From: an uncultured Candidatus Saccharibacteria bacterium
GTDB taxonomy: Bacteria > Patescibacteriota > Minisyncoccia > Phycocordibacterales > EsbW-18
DNA length: 64,000 nt
Direction: 5' to 3'
Assembly (NCBI GenBank): GCA_964447415.1
Contig: CAYUSN010000003.1
Coordinates: forward strand, 5,418-69,417
How positions within the stretch are numbered: position 1 is the first letter of the stretch; every line of letters begins with the position of its first letter. The notes below the pieces were generated by a model, which did no database searches, had not been told where the DNA came from, and was given only the letters and a program-made list of their open reading frames with translations. This document shows, piece by piece, positions 37,290 through 48,387 of the stretch. Both the position numbers and the translations under genes were made by a program.

Positions 37290-39377
37290 TTATGACTTCC
37301 TTCTTTTTTTTGTCAATGTTGGTGCGCGTACAGCTTTTTTCTTTGCAATACCAAGCACTTTCTCAATCTCCGCAATTTCGTCGCGGATGATGGCCGCGGT
37401 TTCAAAATCAAGCACCTTCACCGCATCGCTCATCTCCGCTTCTTTGCGTTTGATGAGTTTTTTCACGTCTTTCTCCCCTGCCCCGATATCCAGCGCAACC
37501 AACTCCGCGACGGTGCGGTCGTGTTCGCGCAGCATGTAATCGGTAATGTCGGAGATTTTTTTGTGAATGGTCTGCGGAGTAATGCTGTGTTTCGTGTTGT
37601 ACGCAATTTGAATCGCGCGACGTCGGTTTGTCTCACCGATTGCGCGCTCCATGGAGCCGGTCATCACATCGGCATAAAGAATAACGCATCCCAACACGTT
37701 TCGTGCGGCGCGTCCGATGGTCTGAATCAAAGACGTTTCACTGCGCAAAAACCCTTCCTTGTCGGCATCCAATATTCCGATAAGCTCCACCTCGGGCAAA
37801 TCCAGTCCTTCACGCAGGAGGTTGACCCCCACAAGCACATCAAACCCGCCACCCTTCGCGCCCTTTCTGAACTTGGTCAGCAGTTCTATACGCTCGATAG
37901 TTTTGATGTCGGAGTGCAAATACTCCGCCACAATCCCTTTCTCTTTCAGGTAGTCGGCAACATCTTCGGCCATGCGTTTCGTCAGCGTCGTCATCATCAC
38001 GCGCGCACCGCTCTCCACAACCTTTTTTGTTTCTTCAATAAAATCGTGCACCTGCCCTTTAAATGCGCCCTTCTCGGTAATGGGCCGTACGATGATTTCA
38101 GGGTCAATGAGCCCCGTCGGACGGATAATCTGCTCGACGACGCCGTCTTCCCCGCTTTCTTTCAGCTCATATTCGGCGGGTGTTGCCGATGTGTATACCG
38201 TCTGTCCCGTGCGCTGTGTAAATTCATCAAATGTGAGCGGGCGGTTATCAAACGCCGACGGCAGACGGAATCCGTACTCCACAAGGTTTTTTTTGCGTGC
38301 CTGATCGCCCGCATGCATCCCGCCGATTTGCGGCAATGTGACATGCGATTCATCAATCACTGTGAGAAAGTCAGGTGTGCCATCTTTCTTTTTCGGAAAA
38401 TACTCCAAAAGTGAGAACGGCGGCTCACCGGGTGCACGGCCGTCGAAGTGCCGTGAATAGTTTTCAATGCCGTTGACATACCCCACCTCGCGAATCATCG
38501 CCAGATCGTAGTTTGTCCTGCGTTTCAGGCGCTCCGCCTCAAGTGGTTTTCCTTCCGCTTCAAGTTTCTTCAAATGCACCGAAAGCTCCTCTTTGATGGT
38601 TCCAATTGCACGCTCAATGCTTTTTTTGTCGGAAACGAAATGTTTTGCGGGAAACACAAAGATATGTTCAGCACTCTCGCGGATAGTGCGCGACGTTGCG
38701 TCAATAGCATCAATTCCCGAGACCATATCGCCTTCCAAATCAATCCGATACACGATTTTCTCGTTCACCGGCATAATCTCAACTGTATTGCCGATGGCGC
38801 GGAACGTTCCCGGGGAGAGGTCGCCGGTAGTGCGTTCAAAATAAATACCGACGAGTGCACGAATAAGGTCTGTGCGCGGATACGACTGTCCTTTTTCAAT
38901 TTTTAAATGCACTTTTTCATACTCCTCCGGTCGCCCGAGGTTGTAGATGCATGACACCGATGCCACTACAATCACATCCTCTCGTGTGAGAAGTGCTTGT
39001 GTTGCGGCGTGACGCAAACGGTCAATCTCTTCGTTGATTTGTGTTTCCTTTTCAACGTACGTATCGGTCACCGCAACGTACGCTTCCGGTTGATAGTAGT
39101 CGTAGTATGAAACAAAATAATGCACCGCGTTGTTCGGAAAAAAGTCGCGGTATTCCTGCGCCAGCTGCGCCGCAAGCGTTTTGTTGTGCGCAATCACCAG
39201 TGTCGGTTTGCCTGTTTGCGCTATGACATTTGCCATCGTAAAGGTCTTGCCGGATCCTGTAACGCCTAAGAGCGTCTGATGTCGTTTTCCCTTCTCCAGA
39301 CCCGCTACGAGCCCGGAAATGGCCTTCGGCTGGTCTCCTGCGGGTTTAAATGCGCTGTGTAAGTCAAAAGTTGCCAT
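37290..39377 (-). CDS. uvrB: Excinuclease ABC subunit B
   Basis: GVTGSGKT, YYDYYQPEAY, DESH, LREGLD. Confidence 0.98.
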   Translation of the reverse strand: MATFDLHSAFKPAGDQPKAISGLVAGLEKGKRHQTLLGVTGSGKTFTMANVIAQTGKPTLVIAHNKTLAAQLAQEYRDFFPNNAVHYFVSYYDYYQPEAYVAVTDTYVEKETQINEEIDRLRHAATQALLTREDVIVVASVSCIYNLGRPEEYEKVHLKIEKGQSYPRTDLIRALVGIYFERTTGDLSPGTFRAIGNTVEIMPVNEKIVYRIDLEGDMVSGIDAIDATSRTIRESAEHIFVFPAKHFVSDKKSIERAIGTIKEELSVHLKKLEAEGKPLEAERLKRRTNYDLAMIREVGYVNGIENYSRHFDGRAPGEPPFSLLEYFPKKKDGTPDFLTVIDESHVTLPQIGGMHAGDQARKKNLVEYGFRLPSAFDNRPLTFDEFTQRTGQTVYTSATPAEYELKESGEDGVVEQIIRPTGLIDPEIIVRPITEKGAFKGQVHDFIEETKKVVESGARVMMTTLTKRMAEDVADYLKEKGIVAEYLHSDIKTIERIELLTKFRKGAKGGGFDVLVGVNLLREGLDLPEVELIGILDADKEGFLRSETSLIQTIGRAARNVLGCVILYADVMTGSMERAIGETNRRRAIQIAYNTKHSITPQTIHKKISDITDYMLREHDRTVAELVALDIGAGEKDVKKLIKRKEAEMSDAVKVLDFETAAIIRDEIAEIEKVLGIAKKKAVRAPTLTKKRRKS

Positions 39378-39384
39378 AGTCGTA

Positions 39385-40638
39385 CTATATCGTTTTTCGG
39401 CGTCTCATGAGGTGGTAGAGCCATTTCCAGGCCACCTGGATCTTCAGGTCCCACCGCACCACCGAGAATACATAAATGAGGTGTGTCACATGCCACGCTA
39501 AAAACCCCGAGAACTTGAAACCGAATACTTCGGCAAGTCCGTAGTGTTTTCCTATCGGCATCAGAAACCCGCTCGGCTTCGTTTCAAACGGCACAAGCGG
39601 CTCTCCGCGCAACAGCCGCAGAATGTTTTTCGCCGCATGACGTCCTTCGCGAACCGCAAACTGCGCCTGCATGCCGTATGTGCCGCCGTTTTTTTTCGGA
39701 ACACTCGCCGCATCGCCGACAACAAAAATATTCTGATACTCGGCAAGATGCAGCTCGGGCACCACCGTCATTCGCCCGCGTGTATCGTGTAGCAGCGGTT
39801 TTTGTGCGCTAGTCGCGACAGGCGCGCCCACGACCCCTCCCGTCCAAATAACGGTGCGTGATGCAATGAATCCTCTGTTGGTTTGTACTCCCTCATCTGA
39901 CACGGCAATTGTGTGCGTGCCGAACAGCATCTCAACACACGGAAGTTTCTCCAGACGCTTGTATGCTTCCTCGCCGAACCACGGATGTCCGCCAAGAGAG
40001 ATATCTTCTTTGTTGTTAATAAGAACGACCCGTGCAGAACTGCCCAGCCTCGGGTATTGCCGCGCTATTTCGTTTGAAAAAAGATTTGAAAGTTCTCCGG
40101 TAAGCTCAATACCCGTCACACCCGCGCCGAGGCAGACAAAAGTGAGCAATTTTTTCCTTTCTTCGGCATCATCGGTTTTCTGCGCTTCGGCAAACCGCTT
40201 GAAGATAGTCTCGCGTACGGCTTGTGCATCAGAAAGCGTCCGAAGATGCAGTAGGTGTTCCGTTGCGCCCGGCACATCCGGCACCGACGGCACTGAACCA
40301 GTGGCAACCACAAGGTAATCAAACCAAAGTACGCTGTGTTCCCCCGCACGATTAATAAGTATTTCCCGCTTGTTTGCATCAACAGACACAGCCCGGCCGA
40401 ATACGAGTTCGTGTGCGGGACAGTCGATGTATTCTTCAAGCGGCCATGAGACAACACTGCTTGGGAGCGCGGCTGTCGCCACCTCGTGAATAAGCGGTAT
40501 GTGTGTGAACTGCAGGTCGTCGGAGATAAGCACAATATCAAACTCGCGCCCGCAGTGCGGACGCAGTGCCCGATACACTGAAATGCCCGCAAATCCTCCG
40601 CCGATAATAACGATTCGTTTTTTCGAAGCCGTTTCCAT
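39385..40638 (-). CDS. ndh: Type II NADH dehydrogenase family flavoprotein
   Basis: IIGGGFAG, VATG, GAGVTGIEL, VVGD, AQFA. Confidence 0.85.
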   Translation of the reverse strand: METASKKRIVIIGGGFAGISVYRALRPHCGREFDIVLISDDLQFTHIPLIHEVATAALPSSVVSWPLEEYIDCPAHELVFGRAVSVDANKREILINRAGEHSVLWFDYLVVATGSVPSVPDVPGATEHLLHLRTLSDAQAVRETIFKRFAEAQKTDDAEERKKLLTFVCLGAGVTGIELTGELSNLFSNEIARQYPRLGSSARVVLINNKEDISLGGHPWFGEEAYKRLEKLPCVEMLFGTHTIAVSDEGVQTNRGFIASRTVIWTGGVVGAPVATSAQKPLLHDTRGRMTVVPELHLAEYQNIFVVGDAASVPKKNGGTYGMQAQFAVREGRHAAKNILRLLRGEPLVPFETKPSGFLMPIGKHYGLAEVFGFKFSGFLAWHVTHLIYVFSVVRWDLKIQVAWKWLYHLMRRRKTI

Positions 40639-40764
40639 GCACCATATGATACCAAAAAACGGCTTAAACAAAAGGCATTTCAGGATAGATAAAGTTTTTA
40701 TAAAATGAAATATAAAAAATATAGACAGCAGGAAGAGATTTGTGGTATAGAATTTGCAACGACT

Positions 40765-41439
40765 ATGAGGATATTGGCCGTAGAAGATGAGCCTTTAATC
40801 CGATCCGTCATTCAGTCGACGCTTCAAGACGAGCGTTTTGCGGTTGATACCGCTTCTGATGGTGATGAGGGTGCTTATTTGGCGAAAACGAACGACTACG
40901 ACCTCATTATCCTCGACAACGTGTTACCGAAAAAAGACGGGTTAACCATTTGTAAGGAAATCCGCGCGTGCGGAAAAACCACCCCTATTCTGTCGCTCTC
41001 CGTACAAGGAGATACGGGAAGAAAAGTACAACTTCTCGAAGCGGGTGTTGATGACTATCTCACCAAACCTTTTTGCATCGATGAGCTCATCGCGCGCGTC
41101 CGCGCGCTCTTACGCCGACCGAAAACGTTTACTGAGGATATTCTGCAAATTGACGACCTTGTACTTGATGCAAAACGCCACACAGTTGCGCGCGACGGAA
41201 AAGAAATACGACTTACACGAAAAGAGTTCATGCTCCTACACTATCTTATGCAACATGAGTCATGTGTCGTAACGCGAGCAATGATACTTGAACATGTATG
41301 GGAAAAAGACATTGACCCGTTTTCAAATACGATTGAGGCACACATTCTGACGTTGCGAAAAAAAATTGAGCACCCGAAAAAGCGAAAACTTATCCACACC
41401 GTTCCCGGACAGGGCTATAAGATAGCGGCACTCACATGA
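40765..41439 (+). CDS. OmpR-family response regulator
   Basis: VEDE, IILD, DDYLTKPF, winged helix with TVPGQGY. Confidence 0.95.
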   Translation: MRILAVEDEPLIRSVIQSTLQDERFAVDTASDGDEGAYLAKTNDYDLIILDNVLPKKDGLTICKEIRACGKTTPILSLSVQGDTGRKVQLLEAGVDDYLTKPFCIDELIARVRALLRRPKTFTEDILQIDDLVLDAKRHTVARDGKEIRLTRKEFMLLHYLMQHESCVVTRAMILEHVWEKDIDPFSNTIEAHILTLRKKIEHPKKRKLIHTVPGQGYKIAALT

Positions 41440-42194
41440 GCACAGGGACTGGAAGCGGCGCGCGGCGCCGTTTTTTACAAAAGAAAACGTCATACGCGGC
41501 ACAACGCGCAAATGAAGAGGTCGTGCGTATTTTTACCGACATCGCACACGCACTGCAAACACCGCTCACCTGCCTCATGGGAGAGTTATCGGCACTTGAG
41601 CGCCATACCCCGCGTGACGCCGCCGACCACATCCGGCACTGTGAACGAATCACCCAGAACATGTCCGCGCTCATTCACAACGCACTCTATATCTCCCGCC
41701 TCGAACAATCTGAGTTCGAGGCTTTTATGACAGACGTGTCGCTCTCCGATTTGCTCGGGGATATCATCGAATACATCACCACACTTACTTCCCAACGACG
41801 TATCGCACTTTCGTCCTCGGTACAAGATAACGTATGGGTGCGCGGTGTACCGGACAAGCTTGAGGAGCTCATCATCGCGGTTCTTTCCAACTCAATTAAG
41901 TACTGCAAACCGCGCGGAAAACGCGTCATTGACGTCTCACTCCACGCAAATAACACCTCAGCCGTTATCCACATCCAGGATAACGGCATCGGCATTGCCA
42001 CCGAAGATATGCCGCATATTTTTAACCGGTTTTACAGAACACCAAACGCGGCACAACAGTCCGAGCGAGGCACCGGTTTAGGGCTTGCGATTGCAAAAAA
42101 AATCGCCGACAAACATTCGGTGACCATCGACGTTGAAAGTACTCTCGGAAAAGGAACGGGGGTTCGCATCATCTTTCCGCTTAAAAAAAGCTAA
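41436..42194 (+). CDS. Histidine kinase (HisKA-HATPase only, no sensor domain)
   Basis: AHALQTPL, NSIKY, DNGIG, GTGLGL. Confidence 0.9.
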   Translation: MSTGTGSGARRRFLQKKTSYAAQRANEEVVRIFTDIAHALQTPLTCLMGELSALERHTPRDAADHIRHCERITQNMSALIHNALYISRLEQSEFEAFMTDVSLSDLLGDIIEYITTLTSQRRIALSSSVQDNVWVRGVPDKLEELIIAVLSNSIKYCKPRGKRVIDVSLHANNTSAVIHIQDNGIGIATEDMPHIFNRFYRTPNAAQQSERGTGLGLAIAKKIADKHSVTIDVESTLGKGTGVRIIFPLKKS

Positions 42195-42871
42195 CGCTTC
42201 TGCATCTCGTCGGAATCGATGATGCCGTCTTCCATGTGGATGACACGCTGCGCGTACACGGAGTATTCGGGCTCGTGGGTCACCATCACAATCGTCTGTC
42301 CGTCATTGTGGAGACCTTTAAGCACCTTCATAACACTGTCGCCGGACACCGAGTCGAGGTTGGCGGTCGGTTCATCAGCAAAGAGAATGTCGGGATCAAG
42401 CGCAACTGCACGCGCAATGGAAACCCGTTGTTGTTCGCCTCCTGAAAGTTGGGAAGGTCGGTGTTCATGCACATGCTCAAGACCGACGGCATCGAGCGCC
42501 TCGTGTGCCTTGCGTGCGGCCTCCGTGCGCGTCATGCCGCGCATCAGAAGCGGAACCATGACGTTGTCCTCGGCGGTAAGGTCGGGCAGGAGTGCGTAGT
42601 CCTGAAACACATACCCGAGTTTGTGGAGACGAAAGTCGGTGCGTTCCTGCTCGGTAAACACCTCGGTGGGGATACCGTCCAGCGCAATCGTTCCTTCCGT
42701 CGGCGTATCCAGCAAACTCATCTGATACATGAGCGTTGACTTCCCCGCCCCCGATTTTCCCATAATGGCGACAAACTGTCCTTCGGGAATGTGCAGATCA
42801 ATACCGCGAAGCACCCGTGTTATCACGGAACCGCTTTTGAAATTTTTTATAAGATTTTTAACTTCAATCAT
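42191..42871 (-). CDS. ABC transporter ATP-binding protein (LolD/MacB-like)
   Basis: GKSGAGKS, LSGGEQQR, ADEPT. Confidence 0.95.
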   Translation of the reverse strand: MIEVKNLIKNFKSGSVITRVLRGIDLHIPEGQFVAIMGKSGAGKSTLMYQMSLLDTPTEGTIALDGIPTEVFTEQERTDFRLHKLGYVFQDYALLPDLTAEDNVMVPLLMRGMTRTEAARKAHEALDAVGLEHVHEHRPSQLSGGEQQRVSIARAVALDPDILFADEPTANLDSVSGDSVMKVLKGLHNDGQTIVMVTHEPEYSVYAQRVIHMEDGIIDSDEMQKR

Positions 42872-42875
42872 AACG

Positions 42876-44135
42876 TTATCTTCCAAGGATAGAATCCAGC
42901 GTGTTTTTCTTAATAATCATCCATGCGGGTATGTAGCCGGCAATGATGGTTGAAAGAATGAGAATAACGAGCTTGAACGTGGTTGATGACAGCGGGGCAA
43001 CGAGAATACCGTCGGAGAACGGAAAATCAATCGGATACGCGTTAAACAGCGGCACCAGCGCGGCATAGATAAGCGCGAGCGCGACGGCAGAGCCGACGAG
43101 TACATAGAGCAACGATTGAAACACGTATGAAAGTTCAATGGCACCGGCGCGGATACCGATGCCCTTCAAAATACCGATATATTTTCGACGTGTAATGGCG
43201 TTGACGAACACAACGATGAAAATAGTGATGGACGACACCACAAGGCTGATGGAGCTGATGGCATTACCGAGCATCGTCATCGTCTCGATCATGTCGATAA
43301 GAAACTGCGGCAACCCTTCGCGCGACAGCCGAACAACCGCTGAACCGTCAACACCGTTATCAAGCAAAGCCTGTTTGACCCCCGGTGCCCGTGCAACATC
43401 GTCTGCGCGCACGGCAATTTCGTTGACGTTAAGATTCGTGCGTTTTGCAAGACGAATAAACTCGCTCTCCGGCAAAAACACCCGCATGGAAACCTGATCA
43501 ACTTTTGTGTCGACGATACCTTTGACCACGTATTCTTTTGTCGCATCACCGACGGTAAGTCGGATACGCGAACCGATGCCCACATTTGAAAGCGTCGGAA
43601 ATCCGTATTCGTCCCCCTGCCCCAGCGGAGAATATTGCTCAAGGTTCATAGAACCGAGCATGACGTAATTTGTATCGTCGGAAGAAATATACTCGCCCTC
43701 AATAATTTTTTCGGAGAGGTTTGTGACCGAGTCCTCGATTTCAGGATTGATGCCTGCGACCGTCGTGCGAACCATGTCCCGCAAAGCGTTCGGATCACGG
43801 CGCTCCCGGTAATTTGCCTCAAGCGTTACCGCCTCCGTGTAGCGCGCCGTATACCCGCTAATGCCCGGAAGCGTATCGAGCGTCGCGATAATGCTTCGGC
43901 TTCCTTCAATGTCATCTTCGCCGACTTTTGTCGTAAGAAACACATCACCCGTATACTGATCACTGTATGCCTTTACCGAACCTTCAATAATGCCGACAAG
44001 AATGCCGGACACGACAACAAGGTTAAGAAACGTCAGCATCATCACGAAGATGATGAGCCCCGTGGTCCAGATGCTCGCGTGGCGCACCTGGCGCACCCCG
44101 AGCAAAAAACCGACCCGTATGGTGTCTTTCCACAT
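42876..44135 (-). CDS. FtsX/MacB-like ABC permease
   Basis: TM, large extracytoplasmic domain, three TMs; IGILKGIG. Confidence 0.9.
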   Translation of the reverse strand: MWKDTIRVGFLLGVRQVRHASIWTTGLIIFVMMLTFLNLVVVSGILVGIIEGSVKAYSDQYTGDVFLTTKVGEDDIEGSRSIIATLDTLPGISGYTARYTEAVTLEANYRERRDPNALRDMVRTTVAGINPEIEDSVTNLSEKIIEGEYISSDDTNYVMLGSMNLEQYSPLGQGDEYGFPTLSNVGIGSRIRLTVGDATKEYVVKGIVDTKVDQVSMRVFLPESEFIRLAKRTNLNVNEIAVRADDVARAPGVKQALLDNGVDGSAVVRLSREGLPQFLIDMIETMTMLGNAISSISLVVSSITIFIVVFVNAITRRKYIGILKGIGIRAGAIELSYVFQSLLYVLVGSAVALALIYAALVPLFNAYPIDFPFSDGILVAPLSSTTFKLVILILSTIIAGYIPAWMIIKKNTLDSILGR

Positions 44136-44140
44136 GAGCG

Positions 44141-45502
44141 TTAAAGCGAGATGAGAATGCGGTCGTTTTCCGAAAGTCCTGAACGCACCTCAAAGAAACC
44201 GTCCGAACTTCTCATGCCCGTTACAATATCTTTTTCCAGCGCGTCCCCGCCCGCAGAATTTTCAACAAGAACGTACTGTGTCCCGTCTTCCCGGTATTTC
44301 ACCGCACGTACCGGAACTGAGAGCGCGCCTTCCTTTTGATCGGTGGTAATGGCAACTTCAGCCGTCATACCCGAAGTAATGCGCTCATCACGCTCATTAA
44401 ACGATACCCGCGCCTCGTATACGGCCACGTTGTCCACGAGCGTTTCCGTACGGTTCACGGACACCACCGTTCCTGCAAATATTTCATCATCGCCGAATGC
44501 ATCAAGAGTGATGGAAACCGGATTGCCGACTGTTACTTTCACGCTGTCTATCTCGGGCAAATCCACTTCAATACCGAACCCGTCGTTTGAAATAAGAGAC
44601 ACTGCCGGACTGTTGACGGACACCGCTTCTCCCGGATCAACATACACGGCGCTTACGATACCGTTAAACGGCGCGGTAAGCACCCGCTGAGCAATTTGCG
44701 CCTGTATTCGCGCCACTTCCGCTTCCGCTTTCAGGAGCTCCGCCTCCGCAATTGACGATCCGTTTTGCTGCGCGCGCAGCTCCGCCCTGGCGCTGTCGTA
44801 GACGCTATAGTTTGCGGCATATGACGTTCCTTCAGTGTTCGGAAGCGTTACATACCATGTGGTGTCGTTGTATGTGGCAAGTTCGTCAGGAAAACTGACA
44901 TAGAGTCCGCGCGTCCCAAACGGCGTCGGACCTGTTTTTTCTATTTCAACCGGACCGACGGTTTCAAGGTCAAAAACCAAAAGATCAAATTTACCGGGTT
45001 GTGTTTGGCGGCGGACTCGAAATTTATATGTACCCTCAGGACCATCATACCGTCCGGTGATCCTTGGGGCTGTCTGTGTATAGGTCGAGCCCTGCGGTTT
45101 TGCAACAAGATCATCGGAAAGAAGCTCGCTCCACGCGTTATCAAGGGCAATCTGCGTGTTGGCAACCTCCGCGCGTTTAATCGCCGCATCCGCCTGCGCC
45201 GACTGCAGTTCGGCCGAGAGCGTTCCAAGCGAAAGCGACACGAGCGGCGTTCCGCGCAACACGGCGTTATTTTCGGTCACCGAAACGCTCTGAACGGTAC
45301 CTGAAACCTCAAAACCCAAATCTGCCACGACGCGCGCCTCGACGGTTCCGGAAAGTACCACCTGCTCAACAAGATCGCGTCGTTCTACGGCAATCTTCTC
45401 ATATTCCCCGTTTCCGGAACGCATAAAAACACCGATGCCGGCAATGACCAGCACCGCGCCGGCGGCAATCATCCACGTTGTGCGGGAAAATTTCATCTGC
45501 AT
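44141..45502 (-). CDS. Membrane-fusion/periplasmic adaptor protein (MacA-like)
   Basis: GFEVSGTV, APFNGIV, GMTAEV. Confidence 0.9.
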   Translation of the reverse strand: MQMKFSRTTWMIAAGAVLVIAGIGVFMRSGNGEYEKIAVERRDLVEQVVLSGTVEARVVADLGFEVSGTVQSVSVTENNAVLRGTPLVSLSLGTLSAELQSAQADAAIKRAEVANTQIALDNAWSELLSDDLVAKPQGSTYTQTAPRITGRYDGPEGTYKFRVRRQTQPGKFDLLVFDLETVGPVEIEKTGPTPFGTRGLYVSFPDELATYNDTTWYVTLPNTEGTSYAANYSVYDSARAELRAQQNGSSIAEAELLKAEAEVARIQAQIAQRVLTAPFNGIVSAVYVDPGEAVSVNSPAVSLISNDGFGIEVDLPEIDSVKVTVGNPVSITLDAFGDDEIFAGTVVSVNRTETLVDNVAVYEARVSFNERDERITSGMTAEVAITTDQKEGALSVPVRAVKYREDGTQYVLVENSAGGDALEKDIVTGMRSSDGFFEVRSGLSENDRILISL

Positions 45503-45595
45503 AACGTATGTAGTATACCACACACGAAAACAGGCCGTTTTCGTATTTAATCTCGTTTCTTTTTCAGGCAGCGCTGCGGAATACGAGCGTTTTAT

Positions 45596-46135
45596 TTAAT
45601 AGGATCTAAAATGCAGCCGCTCGTGCGAATCGGACATTTTCCGGTAAAAACCGAGTTCAGGATTAATATTCTTTGAATTAAAAATTATCTGATCCATTCC
45701 TTCCCACAAAAGAAACCACGCCGCCGGCTCCAAAAAAATGATAAGAAACGACAAAAATAGGTTGCGTGTCGGATCCTCAAACATAATAAATGTAGCCGCA
45801 ATCATGCAGATAACGCCAAATACCACCATACCAATGCCAAGCGACAACACCTTCCTTTTTTCTTTTACAAGCAGTTCGTAGTGCCTCTTAAAATGCGCCG
45901 CGAGGCGTTCTTTTATGGTCGCCTCCTGTGAATCGCTTCTTTCTTTTTCCGGCACATAAAGCACCAGATCGATTCCCCCGCCGTTTTTGTCGTACGTCGC
46001 GCGTTTAATTTCCTCAAGAAAATCAACGGAAAGAGCGCGCTTTGAATACGGACGTATGTCAAAGTCCGAAAAAATATCATCGTACAACTCAAGTTTTATG
46101 TAGATTTCCTGCGGTTGAAATATCGGGCGTCGCAT
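45596..46135 (-). CDS. Hypothetical membrane protein
   Basis: DIFSDFD.RP motif; two C-terminal TMs. Confidence 0.7.
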   Translation of the reverse strand: MRRPIFQPQEIYIKLELYDDIFSDFDIRPYSKRALSVDFLEEIKRATYDKNGGGIDLVLYVPEKERSDSQEATIKERLAAHFKRHYELLVKEKRKVLSLGIGMVVFGVICMIAATFIMFEDPTRNLFLSFLIIFLEPAAWFLLWEGMDQIIFNSKNINPELGFYRKMSDSHERLHFRSY

Positions 46136-46153
46136 ATTCGAGTACACTATTTT

Positions 46154-46738
46154 TTAAATACCTTTCGGTATAAACCTAAACGACTTCACCATACCCGCAA
46201 AAACCGTCCGCTGCGGTGATTCGGTGTCCATGAATGCACCGCTCATAAGAACAATGCGTGTATCGTGAGCAACAATAACGTTGTCGCTTCGATATAATCC
46301 GTCCGCCTCAAACAGAACCGCAAATTCTCCGTCAACTTCTATCGGGTTGGGTTCCTGCGCTTGCGGAGGAATATACTGGATGATATCCGGTTTTTTCATC
46401 CACGCGTCAATACTGAGCCCTTCGGGATTGTTGAACACGAGAATAGTGATCGCCGGCGGTCCTTCCGTTCCCTCAAGCGTGCTTACTATGTCGTAGTCTT
46501 CCTGCGGCATAAGCACGAACGACTTCACCAAATCGCGGTGGTCCTGCGGCACCGGCAGTATTTCCTGCAACGCATAACCGGCCGGATATGAAAACGTTAT
46601 ACCGGCTTCCGCGTCAACTTTTGTAATATCCCGTGAGCCGAAATTTCGGACGCTGTCCGGCATACGATCCTCATAGACGGTCAGCAGCCACGCAACAGCG
46701 ACAAGAACGACAACAAGAGCAACTCTTTTTATAAGCAT
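46154..46738 (-). CDS. Membrane-anchored hypothetical protein (PsbP-like fold possible)
   Basis: N-terminal TM; GITFSYP; C-terminal MVKSFRF. Confidence 0.7.
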   Translation of the reverse strand: MLIKRVALVVVLVAVAWLLTVYEDRMPDSVRNFGSRDITKVDAEAGITFSYPAGYALQEILPVPQDHRDLVKSFVLMPQEDYDIVSTLEGTEGPPAITILVFNNPEGLSIDAWMKKPDIIQYIPPQAQEPNPIEVDGEFAVLFEADGLYRSDNVIVAHDTRIVLMSGAFMDTESPQRTVFAGMVKSFRFIPKGI

Positions 46739-46747
46739 GATTCTTTT

Positions 46748-47224
46748 TTACTGGATGGCGAGTAACTCAACCTCAAATATAAGTGTTGCGTTCGGCGGAA
46801 TAACACCGCCCGCGCCGGCGGCGCCGTATCCGAGTTCCGGAGCAATGGTAAGCTTACGCTTCTCTCCGATTTTCATTCCGGCAACGCCCTGATCCCACCC
46901 CGCAATAACCTGTCCGACGCCGAGCGTAAAAGAAAACGGCTGACCGCGGTCAACGCTTGAATCAAACTTCGTTCCGTCCTCAAGCCATCCTGTGTAGTGA
47001 ACGGACACCGTGTCCCCCGCCTTCGCCTCGCCGCCGTTTCCGTTTGTAATAATTTCCGCTGTAAGACCGTTTGCAATCATAAATTTTGTTGGTGTGCCCG
47101 TCTCGGTTCCCGCGATCTGCTCCTCCGTGCCGTTTGTAGGAGCCTCCGCTTTCCTGCCCCAAGAGACAAGTGCGATAAGCACAATAATAAGTACAAGACC
47201 GATACCGACAGTTTTGATGCTCAT
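46748..47224 (-). CDS. FKBP-type peptidyl-prolyl isomerase
   Basis: [28 protein letters not shown]. Confidence 0.96.
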   Translation of the reverse strand: MSIKTVGIGLVLIIVLIALVSWGRKAEAPTNGTEEQIAGTETGTPTKFMIANGLTAEIITNGNGGEAKAGDTVSVHYTGWLEDGTKFDSSVDRGQPFSFTLGVGQVIAGWDQGVAGMKIGEKRKLTIAPELGYGAAGAGGVIPPNATLIFEVELLAIQ

Positions 47225-47228
47225 GTGT

Positions 47229-48383
47229 TTAGAGGTTAATTTCCGACTCAATTGCTCCCAGTCTAGCATATTTTGCCCAGCGTTCTTTCTGAACCGATGC
47301 CCCTATCTTTATGCCGTCTGCACCGACCGCGTACGCAAAATCCGCGATAAATGCGTCCTCCGTCTCTCCCGAGCGGTGTGACGCGATAATCTGCCAACCG
47401 TACTGCCGCGCACGCGCCGCCGCCGAAAGCGCCTCCGTCACCGTCCCGATTTGGTTCGGTTTAAGAATGACGCCCGTCACGCTTTTGTTGAGAAACGCCT
47501 GTTCCATACGGTCGGTGTTTGTCGTCGTCAGATCATCGCCGACGCACACAACGCCCGGCATCGCATTCTGCAGACGGGCGAACATTCCAAATGCCTCTTC
47601 TCCGTACGGGTCTTCTATATACACCAGTGGAAATTGCGAAACCATCGCGCCGAAAATTTTCGTCCGGTCGTCATCCGTATACGCGCTCTCTGTCGCCGCG
47701 ACGTCAATTGCAAACGCACACTCACCTGCTGTGACGTTTTGCAGAAATACAAGCGGTTCCATAGGGTCTTGCGCGGGAAGCGCGAACCCGCCTTCGTCTC
47801 CGAGCGCCACATCCGGATATTTTTGTCTGATGCTCTCGCCGAGTCTTTGGCGCACATCATCGACGTATGCAAGAGATTCTTTCATTGTGTTGTGCTGCGG
47901 TATGATCATGTACTCCTGAAAAATTTTCGTATTCCCCGTGTGCGCGCCTCCGTTAATAAGGTTGACGAACGGGCGCGGAAAGCGTGAGGCAAAAATTTCC
48001 ACACCGGAAATTGACCGCAGATATTTCCACAGCGGCACGCCTGTTTCAAGCGCGTACGCGCGGGCAACCGCAATAGAAACCGCAAGTGTTGTATTGGCGC
48101 CGAGCAGTTGTTTTTGTTCTCCGGCGGCAGCGCACAGCGCGTCATCGATAGCGCGCTGGTCCGCACTGTCCTTGCCGACAAGGAGCGGCACAACAACCTG
48201 CGACAGTTTCTGCAGCGCGACGGCAGCAGGAACGCTTACCGCCTCATGCGAACCGGTGCTTTTGCCGTTGGGGACTGAACTTTCAACTGTCACGCCTCCG
48301 TCAAGTGTTAGTGTGCACGCCAGCGTTTCTTCTCCCCGAGAGTTTTGTATCACCCGCCCTACGATGTCTCTGATGGCACTCAT
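47229..48383 (-). CDS. eno: Enolase (compact form)
   Basis: NSRG, STGSHEA, GDEGGF, LKPNQIG, SHRSGET. Confidence 0.93.
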   Translation of the reverse strand: MSAIRDIVGRVIQNSRGEETLACTLTLDGGVTVESSVPNGKSTGSHEAVSVPAAVALQKLSQVVVPLLVGKDSADQRAIDDALCAAAGEQKQLLGANTTLAVSIAVARAYALETGVPLWKYLRSISGVEIFASRFPRPFVNLINGGAHTGNTKIFQEYMIIPQHNTMKESLAYVDDVRQRLGESIRQKYPDVALGDEGGFALPAQDPMEPLVFLQNVTAGECAFAIDVAATESAYTDDDRTKIFGAMVSQFPLVYIEDPYGEEAFGMFARLQNAMPGVVCVGDDLTTTNTDRMEQAFLNKSVTGVILKPNQIGTVTEALSAAARARQYGWQIIASHRSGETEDAFIADFAYAVGADGIKIGASVQKERWAKYARLGAIESEINL

Positions 48384-48387
48384 ACGT

